A DNA stretch of 64,000 nt from Octopus vulgaris. Lineage: Eukaryota. A model generated the notes under the pieces. That model searched no databases, was not told the origin of the DNA, and saw only the letters and a list, made by a program, of their open reading frames with translations. The position numbers and the translations under genes were made by a program. The stretch is taken from positions 124,744,001 to 124,808,000 of the forward strand of contig OX597817.1 in the NCBI GenBank assembly GCA_951406725.2, given 5' to 3'. Below, piece after piece: positions 23,624 through 36,580 of this stretch (position 1 is its first letter; every line of letters begins with the position of its first letter).

Positions 23624-24557
23624 TATAGTTTGGAGTTTAATTGCATTGAGATCTAGTGCAATGATGCTACATAATCACTACTTTTGCATCAAGTATGGCT
23701 TGTAAATATTTAATGTATGATAAATGAAATATTGATTTATATACTTTCTTCTAGTGTTAACTTTCAATCCATAAATTATTTCTTTGTGAAACACACTAAA
23801 CATTTCATGCTATCTACCATCCTACTGTACATGGAATGTATTCATCTGAGCTCCACCCCATATGTTATCTAATCATTAAAGACTACTTTTATTCTTGATT
23901 GTATCTGTTATTTATATGCTTATTAAAGTGCGTTAATGTACTATAAGTACTGATGTTTAGTTTTATACATTTTAATCTCTTGAAATTTCAGTTGCTTTTA
24001 CACACAGATATTAAATTTGATAATTGAAAAATAATACTTAACAAATTATGATGAATATAGTTCGTGTTGTAATATACTTGAAATTAGGAAGGGGATAATA
24101 GGATGCATCTCATCTTTATATTTCACTAAGTTTTTTATTTTTCCTTTTGAAATTAATAATAATATGATCTTGTTGCTTGTAGATACTCATAATCATCTCT
24201 CTTCCCCCTCCCCCTCTCTCTCTCTTAATATGTGTACGTGTATACACATATGTATATGCTGAAAGAAAGTGAGAGACAAACAATCAGCAAAGGCTTGTGA
24301 ATTTGCAATAAATTAAGTAACTACATTATATTAAATTTTCTAGATAATCTAAAACATTTGATAGGAAATTTAACAGAAATAATCATATTTTCTGTTTTTA
24401 TATGGCTTATATGGTGATATTATGTAACATATTTTTCTATATTCTGCTTTTAACTTTCCATAGATCCAAGTGAAGTATGTTAAATCTAATAAAAGTAAAT
24501 AGAATTATATATTGGACTTCTCTGCTAATATTCATTAAGCCTCTCATAAGGGTTGCT

Positions 24558-24868
<311 letters not shown>

Positions 24869-25664
24869 TTTGGGTGAGAAATCTATGTGATGAAGAAATA
24901 TTTTCAATAGAACAGTTGTGCTTCTTTTTTTTTTCTTTTGGTTATATGTGCTTAAAAACAAAGGATTGGTTCAATAAAGTAGCCTTCTCCGTAAGTAAAA
25001 ACCTCAGTTTTGCATATAAGGATCAAAGTAATAACGGTACCATTACAGCTGTTATTTACCTTTGTTGAGTTAATCAGCAATAGAAACTGCTCTTAGAGAT
25101 ACCAATTCCAATATCCTTTCATTACCTCTTTATTGCTATACACAAACACACAAACATACACACATACACACACATGCGCACACATATACACACATGCACA
25201 CACATGCATGTACACACATGCATGCACACACAAGCACATGCACGTGCACACACACACACACACACACACATATATGTACATATGTATGTATGTTTATATT
25301 TATATATATACATACATTATTTATGATAGGGTCACTGTATTGCAACTAAATAATTCTAAAGATATAGATGTTCAAAGAAAATTTGCTTGGTTTATGTAAA
25401 TACTTGTGCTATATACTTTAGGGTCACTAATGGTATGTATTGATCAATATTGGTATTGGTAATTTCTCAACCTTGCCATGTTTTTGAGCCAGTATTGCTT
25501 TGACCTATAGCACAATTTTCTGTGTAACAGCCCATAGAAGACAATGAATTTTATGGTTAGTAGATATATTTATTCCATACTTAGGAAGGATTTTTTTTAT
25601 TTATTTATTCGAGATAACAATAGCAGGAGGATTAAACTTGCTAAGAAACTATAAATAATCAGTG

Positions 25665-25725
<61 letters not shown>

Positions 25726-26639
25726 TGTAAATAAAGAAATAAATAAAGTAGAAGTATGTGGCAAAGAATCAAATAAAATATCTGAGCAAAACCAGAAGAT
25801 AAATTTTTACATTTAACTTACCAGGGCAACTGTGTGTGGTGAAAAAAGATAAAAAGATAAATAAAAGGAAAAGATGAAAAAAGAAAAATAATGAAGAAAA
25901 AATGTAAAATTTCAAATAAAAAAGCAAAATAATCTTTTGAATATCAGAATATATTTTGGTCATTAAATTATTGTGTATTACACAATGTTGATCTATGGGG
26001 ATAGCATGGTTGAAAATGTTCTTTAGTTTGTCAAAATAACAATTTCATTCCATCAATAGAACATTAGGAAGAGTGAACACATGGATGTATAATCATCTCT
26101 GTTCTAAGCATCTAAATATGACAAGAGTTTTATTGCCTGTGTTATCCTACCTAAGTACAAAAAGCAATGGAATAAAATAAACTATTTTTAATCATATGAA
26201 ACATGGTAATAATTTATCCAAGCACAATATGTGTGATCAGGAATGATAATTTATTGCAGGATGCCCTGTGTAATGTCAACTGTTTTATGTGAAAACATTT
26301 TAGATTAGGATATTTGTCGTCACAAAAGGTTGTTTGCGTTAAGTATTTTTGAGAATGGATGAGTCTACGCTAATAATTCCAAACCTGTTTACTAAATTAT
26401 ATTTAATTCTTGTTGCTTCTTGGATTTACATTGTGTCTTTAGCATTATAGTAAGTAAGGGCATTATAGTAAGTAGTAATCGTTTCTGCTGTAGGCACAAG
26501 GCCTGAAATTTTGGGTAAGGGGACTAGTCGATTGTAGCGACAAGCAAAATACCACTAGGCATTTTGTCAAGTGAGCTAACGACTCTGCCAGCTCACCATC
26601 TTACAGCAAGTAATAATAACAAAGAATAACAAAAACAAT

Positions 26640-26983
26640 CGAAATTTAATCAAATTCGATGACTGGCACCCGTGCCAGTGGAGTGCTAACAGCTCCATCT
26701 GAGTGGGATCACTGCCAGAGCAGCTGTCTGGCTTCCCTGTGCAGTGGCACGTAAAAAACACCATTTCAAGTGTGGCCGTTACCAGTACCGCCAGACTGGC
26801 CCTCGTGCTGGTGGCACCCACTACACTCTTGGAGTGGTTGGCGTAAGGAAGGGCATCTAGCTGTAGAAACTCTGCCAGATCACATTGGAGCCTGGCACAG
26901 CCATCTGGTTCGCCATTCCTCAGTCAAATCGTCCAACCCATGCTAGCATGGAAAGCGGATGTTAAATGATGATGATGATGATG
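26640..26983 (+). mobile_element. Retroposon 3' region with (GAT)n tail (same family as 4668-4834)
   Basis: Shares CTACACTC...GGAGTGGTTGGCG...CCAACCCATGCTAGCATGGA...(GAT)n. Confidence 0.8.
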
Positions 26984-28899
26984 AATTTCTAAGAAGATAA
27001 TCTTCTATTTGTAAACTGATAGGTTTTTCATACGAGATATTCTTTTAATTTTTATTCATCCTTCAAATGAAGATAACCAAAATTCCTCCTTTAAAACACT
27101 AGTAACAATGTTGGACACAACCATGTAAGTGACCTAGATGATGCTCTCCATGAATTCTCACTAATAAAAGAGCAATGGCAGTAATAAAATTTCATTGTCA
27201 CAAATGCATGTGATACCCTGATTGCTGCAACAAAAAGTCTGACATCTGTAAATGATTCTGAAAAGTTTGACTATTGACTAGCATTGGACTTGGATTATAG
27301 TGAGAGAAGGCAAAGCTGGAATGTTAAGAATGGTAATTCAAGTGCTCATTGAAGAGTGCTCCCCCAATGTAGTCCTTTTTCAGAATTCCTGACAATAATT
27401 ATCAGGTGAGAGTATGCGTTTAACACTTGAACACGAAACTAAAACTTAATATTTTGGTTACTGACATATTCTATGTAATAAGAATAGAAGCATTTATTAA
27501 TTAAAATTGCAAACTTATTAATATGAGTAACCATTATCTGAATGATTTATTCAGCTTAAGAAAAAAATAGCAGAGAAGACGGTACTAAAATTCTAATTAA
27601 AATGAAATGCTATAATGTTGTAAATCTGATATTTAGCAGTAAGGCGACAACTTTATATGTTTTTTGTCTTCTTAGATCTTATCAATGAAGCTTAGTCCAG
27701 CCAATGACTACAACAGCTTTGAATCATTAGAGAGTTATATATTTTAGGTTAATGAACAGTGAATGGTGTAAGAACTCATATACAAGAATGAATAGTGTGA
27801 AATATCTAGGTGATACACTGCATGTAAATTAATAATAGTGACAGGGGAGTCAGCATGCTTAATGTATAAGAAATATTAATTGATGAAAGTTACACATAAA
27901 AGCGATATGAATATTTGTTATCTAAAACATGAATACCTGTAGTGTTATCTGACTTATTCTTAGGCCTGAGGGTCAGAAGAATATGTTGTCATTTCTCATC
28001 ATATATGCAAATATTTGCAGTTATCTACAATATTACAGATTAACTACAGCATATGAATTCATACATCAGACACTAGCCAAAAATAACAGTCTCAAAACTT
28101 TGCTTTAAATAGAGATATCTTATGATTTCAAGACAAGAAGCAGTCCCCCTCAACCACCTTTGCACCCAACTCAGAATGCAAAGGCATGAGCTTGTTACTG
28201 CATGTTCAAAGTCTAGTATTGATTAAACCTCTTCATCCCTTTATAATTATCCTTTGTGCAATTGTTCTATATGCTAACTATCTATACATTAACATGCAGA
28301 CAATATCTCTATGCTACATAAACATTTGAATAATACATACTAATTTTATAGCTGTTTTAAATGAGTTTTGGCTCAACTAGGGCTTTATAGTTATATCATA
28401 CATGCATATACACAAGTATATTGATTGCTTCAGATTAAGCACAAGGGATTAAAGAAGGAAAAGAGAGATGCTTGTATCTTAGCTAAGGACATTAAAAGTG
28501 TAAGTAAATGGAGATGACATCAACCAGGAATTGAATCCTTGTTACAGACAAATTTGATGGTGATTTTGCTCTGTTATATTTAAATCACTGTGTGGGTTGT
28601 TCAATGATTTAGATCATACATATTCCTGTTCAGTATGTCTTGCTATAGACATAAGCATTATCTGATTGATTCAGCAGTTGGGATTTCATGAGATTGATGT
28701 GGGAGTGCATCACATATGCATACATATATCCAAATCTATTTTTACATAACTACATATAACAGGTTGAGTGATTCAGAACCCAATTACATGGCTTTATTTT
28801 CAGTTCCACTTCATAGCCTCCTGGGCTGACCGAATCCTTCTCTAGATTGTCAGCTACCCACAAACCTTTGTTTCTCTTTTCCTATTATATGTTTATACA

Positions 28900-30700
28900 A
28901 GATTTGATCAATAAGTATCCGGACTGTTACCATAGTAACGAAGCTAAAGCATGCAAGGTAAAGCTGCTCGGTACAAATCGACTTTAAACTCTGTTGTGTA
29001 TGTGCACTAAGTTTTAAAGTTCTAACTCACTTCCGCTATTTACAGCAGGGCTTAGAAATAAGCTGTGTAGCATGTGATCATTGCATTGACCATGACAGAA
29101 AGTTGTCAAGGCGTTACCTATTCAGAGGCCTATGCAAAATTGCAGAAAGTCTATAGCTCCTCAGTATAATTTTTAAAATGGTCAAATTTGTATATTGAGG
29201 TGTGGTGTGTACTTTTGTATGAACAGGTTTTCCTTGTTTAGGCGTTCTTATACTGAGATTAAGTCTTTGCATAGGTATAATGGGAAGATATGAAAATTCG
29301 GCATTTTATTACTTGCACATCTGTCGATATGTCCGCTCAGTGTTATCTGCTTGTATTGAGGGAAATCTCAGCGCTATCTGCTTGTATTGAGGGAAATGAA
29401 TCTGTTCTTTATGCAGCATGACTCTGCGTCTCAAATTAAGTCTCGTTTGGCGCACATACGAGGGACGTTCAATAAGTAATGCCCCTGACCCACTTGCAGT
29501 CGTTTGATCAAGCTGAAAATTTGCATGTGCAATTATCTATATCGCTATAAATGAAGTGAAAAATTACAGCTCTGAACTAATTGTGGTTTCTGATTTACAG
29601 GTGTTTGAACAGAGTCAAGTGTTAAATGGTGCCTGTTGAGTGTCGAGCAGTGATCCAGTTTTTGTATTTGAAAGGACGCACACCACGGGAGACTTTTGAT
29701 GAAATGAAAGTAACTTATGGTGATGATGCCGCCCCATCATATGACATTGTAAAACGCTAGCATCGTGAATTCAAACATGGTCGGAACTCTGTGGAAACAG
29801 CTCCCAGATCTGGTCGCCTCCCTTCTGCCATTGATGAGGCATCTTTCCATCAAGTTGAGGCTGCCATTTTGGAAGATCGACGCATAACTATTCGCCAAAT
29901 AGCTCATGAGGTCAAGATTAGTACTTGGTCTGTGGAAACTATCATCAATGACCATTTGCATATGCAAAAGGTGTCTGCTTACGTTGAAAAAGACTAATAA
30001 TTGTGCCAAGTTTCGTTGCTCTACTGCTATGGGCAGTGGGTCAGGGGCATTACTTATTGAACGCCCCTCGTAATTGTGCCCACAAGCTGAGCAGGTTAGG
30101 ACATAGATAAGGTTCTGGGAAGTGCATGTGAAGTTAGTCTTAATTGAGAATTTTTGTCTTTGCTGAAATGTGAATTCCAAGCCTTCAGTTAGGTATGGGC
30201 GTGTACCACAATTAGGTTGTCTGCATTTTTTAACTGTTGGTGTCGTATGTATTGAGTATAGTTTTGCATTTGTTAGGAGTTTCTTGAGTGATTTGTCTTG
30301 TCTTTTGCATTTTAGTAGTTTGTGTGTATTTAGGATGCTGTTCATTTTCGGGTCTTGAGTGAGCAGAGGGAGATTTTGTGTAATTGTGTTGTATGCTTCA
30401 TTGTTTTTGGGGTTGATATGTATGGGAGTGATTTAAAGTGAGGTGTGGTGTTTTGCTTTGTTGTCCTTAATGTGTTTGTGTCCAATTTCTTGGCGTGTTT
30501 AATTCCATGTTCTATAAGTGTAGATGGGTACTGACGTCCAATGAGCGTTATTTTGAGTTCTTGTAGGCGAGTTTCCTGAGTGGTTATGTCAGATACAATT
30601 GTACAGATCCTTTTTACTAGACTGAATGGGATATATATTTTGGTGTGGTTAGGATGGCATGAACTGAAAAGGAGATACTGTTTTGAGTCTGTATATTTAA
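28900..30700 (-). mobile_element. Penelope-like element (RT C-terminus, GIY-YIG and terminal repeat), interrupted by a mariner
   Basis: KYTDSKQYLLFSSCHPNHTKIYIPFS (PLE thumb region). NFTCTSQNLIYVLTCSACGHNY|VRQTRLNLRRRVMLH rejoins as GIY-YIG when 29459-30070 and one TA are removed. Confidence 0.9.
29459..30070 (+). mobile_element. Internally deleted mariner (612 bp)
   Basis: TA TSD at 29457-58 and 30071-72; TIR CGAGGG(A/G)CGTTCAATAAGTAATGCCCCTGACCCACT. The HTH region from ATG 29626 is fused KVSA|YVEKD*, so the catalytic domain is absent. Confidence 0.93.
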
Positions 30701-30837
30701 AAAAAGATATTAAAGTATATGAAACGAAGGCATTTCTCTTCCACTTTTTTTTTTCCACATATTTTCAACTTGTAATTTTGCCACGTGGTGTATACTGAAT
30801 CTTCAGTATCTTTGCAGCTTGTATATTTTTATATTTC

Positions 30838-30888
<51 letters not shown>

Positions 30889-31350
30889 CACACACACACA
30901 CATGTGTGGGGATCTGGAAGGGCCTGTGTACATATTTCTTTACTGAATTGATCAGCAATTACTTATATGTGAAATCATGTATTGAGACTAATATTCTCCT
31001 AGTTTGTGAGGAACTTTTACCAATAAATACATGCAGTTGTAGTTCACATCACTTTTATTGGTAACAAATCAGTTAAGTATGGAAATGGCTGACACATTGG
31101 AAACCTGTAATCAACAGCAATTGTGATACAAACAAATGATATAGCAATGATGATCTGATGTGTATATTCCACCAGGTTTTGCTTTTATAAGATGTCATAA
31201 TTTCCATATACATTACTCTATCAGGACTGCAGCAACCACATTCATCTTCTGTAGTGAAGTGGAAGTGATTGTCATGGAAGGAAGAAATCCTATGATTAGT
31301 TGCCTACAATATTCTCATCCTGCAGCATAGCAAAACCATAGTATGTGTAT

Positions 31351-31358
31351 AAGAGAGT

Positions 31359-31393
<35 letters not shown>

Positions 31394-31521
31394 AGAGAGA
31401 GGGAGAGAGAAAGTGAGAGAGAGTGAGAGAGTGAGAGAGAGAGGGAAAGAGGGAGAGAGAAAGTGAGAGTGAGAGAGAGAGGGAAAGAGGGGGAGAGAGG
31501 GAGGAAGAGAGAGAGAGAGAG
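31351..31521. repeat. (GA)n-rich microsatellite
   Basis: Read directly. Confidence 0.95.
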
Positions 31522-34500
31522 CAGACGTGTACTATATTTTATTGTTCCCAGAAGTATGAGAGGCAGAATTGGCCTCTGTAGAATTGGAATTCAAAACACA
31601 AAACTAGAACAAATAGCACGAGAGTTAGGATTTTGTTTTACACTCACACTCTAACAATTCTGCCAATCATGTACCTTAAGTAGGAAGTAATGTTTTGAAA
31701 TAAAGCTCCCACATGTGTTTTTCTTTATGTAATTTGTCAGCATTAATTCAGATTGTTAAGGAATGCAAAAAAAAAAAAAAGTGAAAGCAAAATTGGTTTT
31801 CCTATAGAAATCAATTTTTATTTAATGAAAAAATTTGGGGTTTTCAATATCGAAATAAATGAAAAAAAACAAACAAATTGCAATTAAATGTGTAGCTGTC
31901 CCTCTACAACCAGTCTGGTGACATGCATTGAGAAATTATTATCTTCACTTGAGAATTGTTATAAAATACAAATTTTCTAACCCTTTGCATATTTTAAGGC
32001 ACTTTCTTAATTTTGACAGTCTGTTCTTGGACAATTTAATGATATTCTAAAACTTTTCTCCTTAGGTATTTTTAATAAAAAAATGTACCAAACTATCTCC
32101 ACAAATTCAAACTAAAATAATAAAGAGCAAAGTATTTTTCCAAAGGCTTATCCTCGAATTATTTTATACATGACTTTTTCTTCAATTCTCAAAGATCCAT
32201 CCATTAATACCTTGATTTGTGTATAAATCAGACCAATGACTCGATATCATATATGGTTATTTCCAAACACAATCTCACTTTCCCTTTGGCAGTAGCCATT
32301 CATTTTGTATGCTTAATTCTTTTGTAAATCTCAGATAGCTTCTTATAGAAAAAGGAAATTGCTTTTATTTTTAATGTGTGCAATTTCATTATTTCAGTAA
32401 TTTTCCTATTCTAATTCCTGCTAAATGCATTGGTGCATGAATTATTGCATTAGAAATTGGGAAATGGCTACACTTTCTTTCATAAAACCTTCAAAACAAA
32501 ACACTGAAATTGCATTCCTTCAATATTTTTATGGATATTCTTAAAATGTTAGACGTTACTACCAGTAATATTTATTAAATTATAGAAAATTCTTCCTCTC
32601 TTATTTTTAAAAGTTTTATATGCTACTAAAAAGAATTTTAAAATGCATACTGCTATATATATGTTTAGTTAATTTAGACAATATAGACATTCAGTTTTCT
32701 AATTTAATTTGAATTTCTTTACTAATTACTAAAAATTCAGAACTAATTGAGTGCATTCATAGTTTATAACTTGTTTTCCAGACCATTAAAAGTGGGTACT
32801 GTAATCACTAACTAGTTACTGTAATTACCACTAATTCTATTATTGCAAGATAGCTATGTTACATTGAATTTAATCCTCTACCCTTCAGGAATATAAATTA
32901 TCACACAAATTTTATTTTGTCAAATATCTTTCAAGTATTATATAGCCATAATAATGACACAACAGCTTGTGAAATATACTAAGGTGAAATATATTTATGA
33001 GATACAAAAAAATACAAAAAACAATAAGGCTGTTGTATTTTAACATTCTCAGAATAAAAGAAGCCCCAAAACGTTAGAATTATAATAGACACAGAATAAA
33101 ATCATTTTTTAAAGAAATTAGTTTTTTCACCTTTCTAAAACAAAATTGATTGTCTCAGTTGTTCTCTAAGGATTGAGAAGCATCTTAATTAACAACTGAT
33201 TAGTTTACTACTAAAAAGTTTTGGAACATCAAAGCATTTATAGTATTTGCATTTAGCATTTGTAGTTAGTGATACAAAGAAGGCATTAATAAAATTAATG
33301 ATTTTTCCCATCTCTTTATAAATGCTTCAAAGGACAATGTTAAAATTTATGGCAAGCATAATGTGATTGATGGAGGATATTTAATTGTACTTAAAAATAT
33401 TTGAATCTACAATCATATTTTTCTTCCATAAAATTATGATAGTAGCAAACATTATTATTTAACAATATTCCGGTAGAAATTTATCTAAATAGATTAGTTT
33501 AATTTTTTGGGATGGCATCATATAGTGCAGTATGCTGACAAGAGATTTTGTTGGTGACTTAATATTTTTTTGAAATCTTTACAAAAATTTTCATATCCTA
33601 AAATTTCTCTGCAATTTACTAAACAGCTCTCAAGTGTATATGTCTTTGCCTTTATATGTCAAACTGAACAACCTATTGCTCCACCCTTATTACAAAAACA
33701 AATGGGTTAATTTCTTTATAAATATTTTTGTGTATTCATTAAGATTTGAATTTTTTTTTTTACATTGTTCAATAATGAAAGCCTCATTCTTTTTGTACCT
33801 CTCAGAAAATAGCTACTTTAATGTATAAACCTCATAGAAACATTTATACCAGGATATCTGGTAATAAGCAGTGGTCTCAACTAATAGTCCAAGATAAGGT
33901 GACATTACCTGACATGAATCAGGTGGCTCTTGCTATAGGTACCTGCTATGGACTTGGCCAGAATTTTCGATATCCAGTGAAAACCGTTGAAACAAGTTGA
34001 CAGTGGGTGAGTATAGTAATGCCCTATGGGCTGGTGATGAGTCCTTCTCTTTGGTTGGCAATCATCTAGAATGCTAGGTGAACCTTATGATGCAGTAATG
34101 TATTTACTTGTTTAGCTTCAGAAAAATTGACTTGATAATTAATTGCACAAGTGTTCAAATGTCTCAGTTAAGTATACATGTTAGTAATGCAGGGTCATAA
34201 ACTTTGAGGAGGAGTTGTAGGGTATGTCAAAAATAAAGTTGTCAAATGACTGAAGGAATCTTTTCTATTTAGTGCTGACATAGAATGCTGGAGATTACTG
34301 ATTTTATATTGTATTCTTGAGTTAAGAGAAAATGTTATATGGAGGAGATGATATGAGCTTCTAGATATCACCTGATATATAATAGATAAATATTTTGATT
34401 GACAGCTACATTTCAAGTAGGCCTTCTTTTAACTCACCATAAACATTTTGGAATCTTATATTACATAGTTGATCTCAGTTGACACCATATATATATCAAG

Positions 34501-35542
34501 ACAAAGTATTTGACATTTCCTTTCAGTTTAAGAGTAAATATTCACTTTATCATATCCCTTCGCTTACTTTTAATATCAATTTTATTAAATATCTTTTGTT
34601 GGAAATTCTCAACAGAAGTTGAATTAATAAAATTTACAATTGTCAACTATGTCATAATTTTCTAATATCAATATATTTTCTAAGTGATATATTTTAGTAA
34701 TCAATTTTTTTTTTATATATATCTTGTTCCTTTTATTTATATTTAATAGAATTTATTCACTAAAACTGATGATTCTGGAATGTGATTTTAAATAAATTTC
34801 CAATGTTATTCAACCTTATAATGGCATTGGAATTGAAAGATATATATGAGATGTAAAATCAATATGACTATTTATTTATTGACTTGTTTAAGAAAAAAAT
34901 TTGAAGTTAAAACTACAATATCCAAGAAAGGTTCAGTCAGCAGAAAATAAAATACTGTTTAGATTTTTAGATATAGATAAGGTTTCACAAATAAATTCTG
35001 ATCACATGCCTATGTATACAAATACAATCTACTTACATTATATAGGCAAATAGAAATTAACTACATATCACATTAAAAGATACATAAATATAAACACATG
35101 AATTCATTTTCAACATGCTGATTCAGAAGTTTTATTTAAAATATTTAGTCTAATATTTAGAAGGTAAAAACGATCCTCTTGATAATGAGTCATCTGCTTG
35201 TAATCTAGGCATTTAAAATTTGAAATCCATCTGGAGTTTGTTTCACTAGGTTTTATGCACCAGCAGCAAAATATTTCATTGTTGAGTTTGTATACATATT
35301 TTTATTTTATAGACCATCAATTATTTGCAGCTGATTGTAAGTTCGACAAAGTAAGCAAAATGTTCAGATATTTACTTAATTGTTTTGTTCTTTGGTATAT
35401 TACATTATTAATTTCATGTGTGTGTATGTGTGTGTGCATGTGTGCATATGTGTACACACACACGCATATGCCTATATACTCATGAGTTTCATGCAGGTGA
35501 ATATTATATATATGAGTGTATATATGTATATATATATTTATG

Positions 35543-35589
<47 letters not shown>

Positions 35590-35719
35590 AACAAGAATGT
35601 TATTGACAGTAACTTTGAAGTTTCGACTAGTTTAGCTGAAGATGGCTTAACTGGCCAAAAGTTCCAAGTTAGTGTCGATAATATTCTTACGTGAGATATA
35701 TATCGACGTCTGCATTTTA

Positions 35720-36200
35720 TCAAGTGCCCAATAATTTATTTAGCTTCTTCTTGACTGCTTCTTCTCCTCTGTCTATGTTTATGCCTCTAATGACTAAATT
35801 TGCCGATTCTTGAATGGAAGCATCCATCGCAAAATTCACAAGCGATCCATGGTGATAGAGGCTTTCGTTGTTGCAGCCTCCATTTTCTTTCTTGTCATTT
35901 CTCTTTTCTTTTCTCTGTTATTCAGCTTCAAAATGATCTGTCACAGTGAAGATGGCATGGTGGTACCAGCTGGGTCTGTTCTGATCTTCAACGTCCCAGG
36001 CTTTGGGATCGATTCAAGTAAGTTTTAGATTTTGCTTCAGCTGGTCTTTGTATCAATGGAGGAGACAGCTGTGGAATCTCCTTCCAGTGGAAAGTTCGAC
36101 ATATAAAATTTGATGACACAGCTTGATCTCTTTCATTCTTGCTACGTGGCCCACCCATCTCAGATGATGTTTCAAAATGGTGGCCTCAGTGCTGCTGCTT
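35720..36200 (-). mobile_element. Possible LINE ORF1 remnant with a PHD-like fragment
   Basis: Minus-strand WIACEFCDGCFH resembles the PHD motif WIxCxxCxxWFH, in a higher-GC island. Weak. Confidence 0.3.
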
Positions 36201-36271
36201 TTTGTTCATGTGTTACATGCAGGTGAACATATATTCATATTTACACAAGAAAGTATGATGTATATAGATAT

Positions 36272-36580
36272 TTTTTTCCGCCCTTTTCAAGCCTAGCAAG
36301 GCTCATGGGCCTGGTTTCCCGGTTTCTGTGGCGTATGTGTTCCCCCCAGCTGGATGAGACGCCAGTCCATCGCAGCGTTACTCAAGAAACAGGAAGAGAG
36401 AGTGGGAGAAAGTTGTGGTGAAAGAGTACAACAGAGGTGGCCATCACCCCCAGCCGGAGCCTCGTGGAGCTTTTAGGTGTTTTTTCTCTATAAATGCACA
36501 CAATGCCCAGTCTGGGAATCAAAACCGCAATCCTCTGACCATGAGTCTGCTGCCCTAACCACTAGGCCATTGCGCCTCCG
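36272..36580 (-). mobile_element. SINE family C, tail variant 1
   Basis: A-box TGGCCTAGTGG, B-box-like GGTTTTGATTCC, A-tail, and imperfect TSD TATATA(G/A)ATAT. Confidence 0.85.

Noticed and set aside
27100-27770. Possible exon pair (donor CAG|GTGAG near 27406, acceptor TTAG| near 27675)
   Set aside because: The frames I translated hit stops quickly and gave no recognisable peptide.
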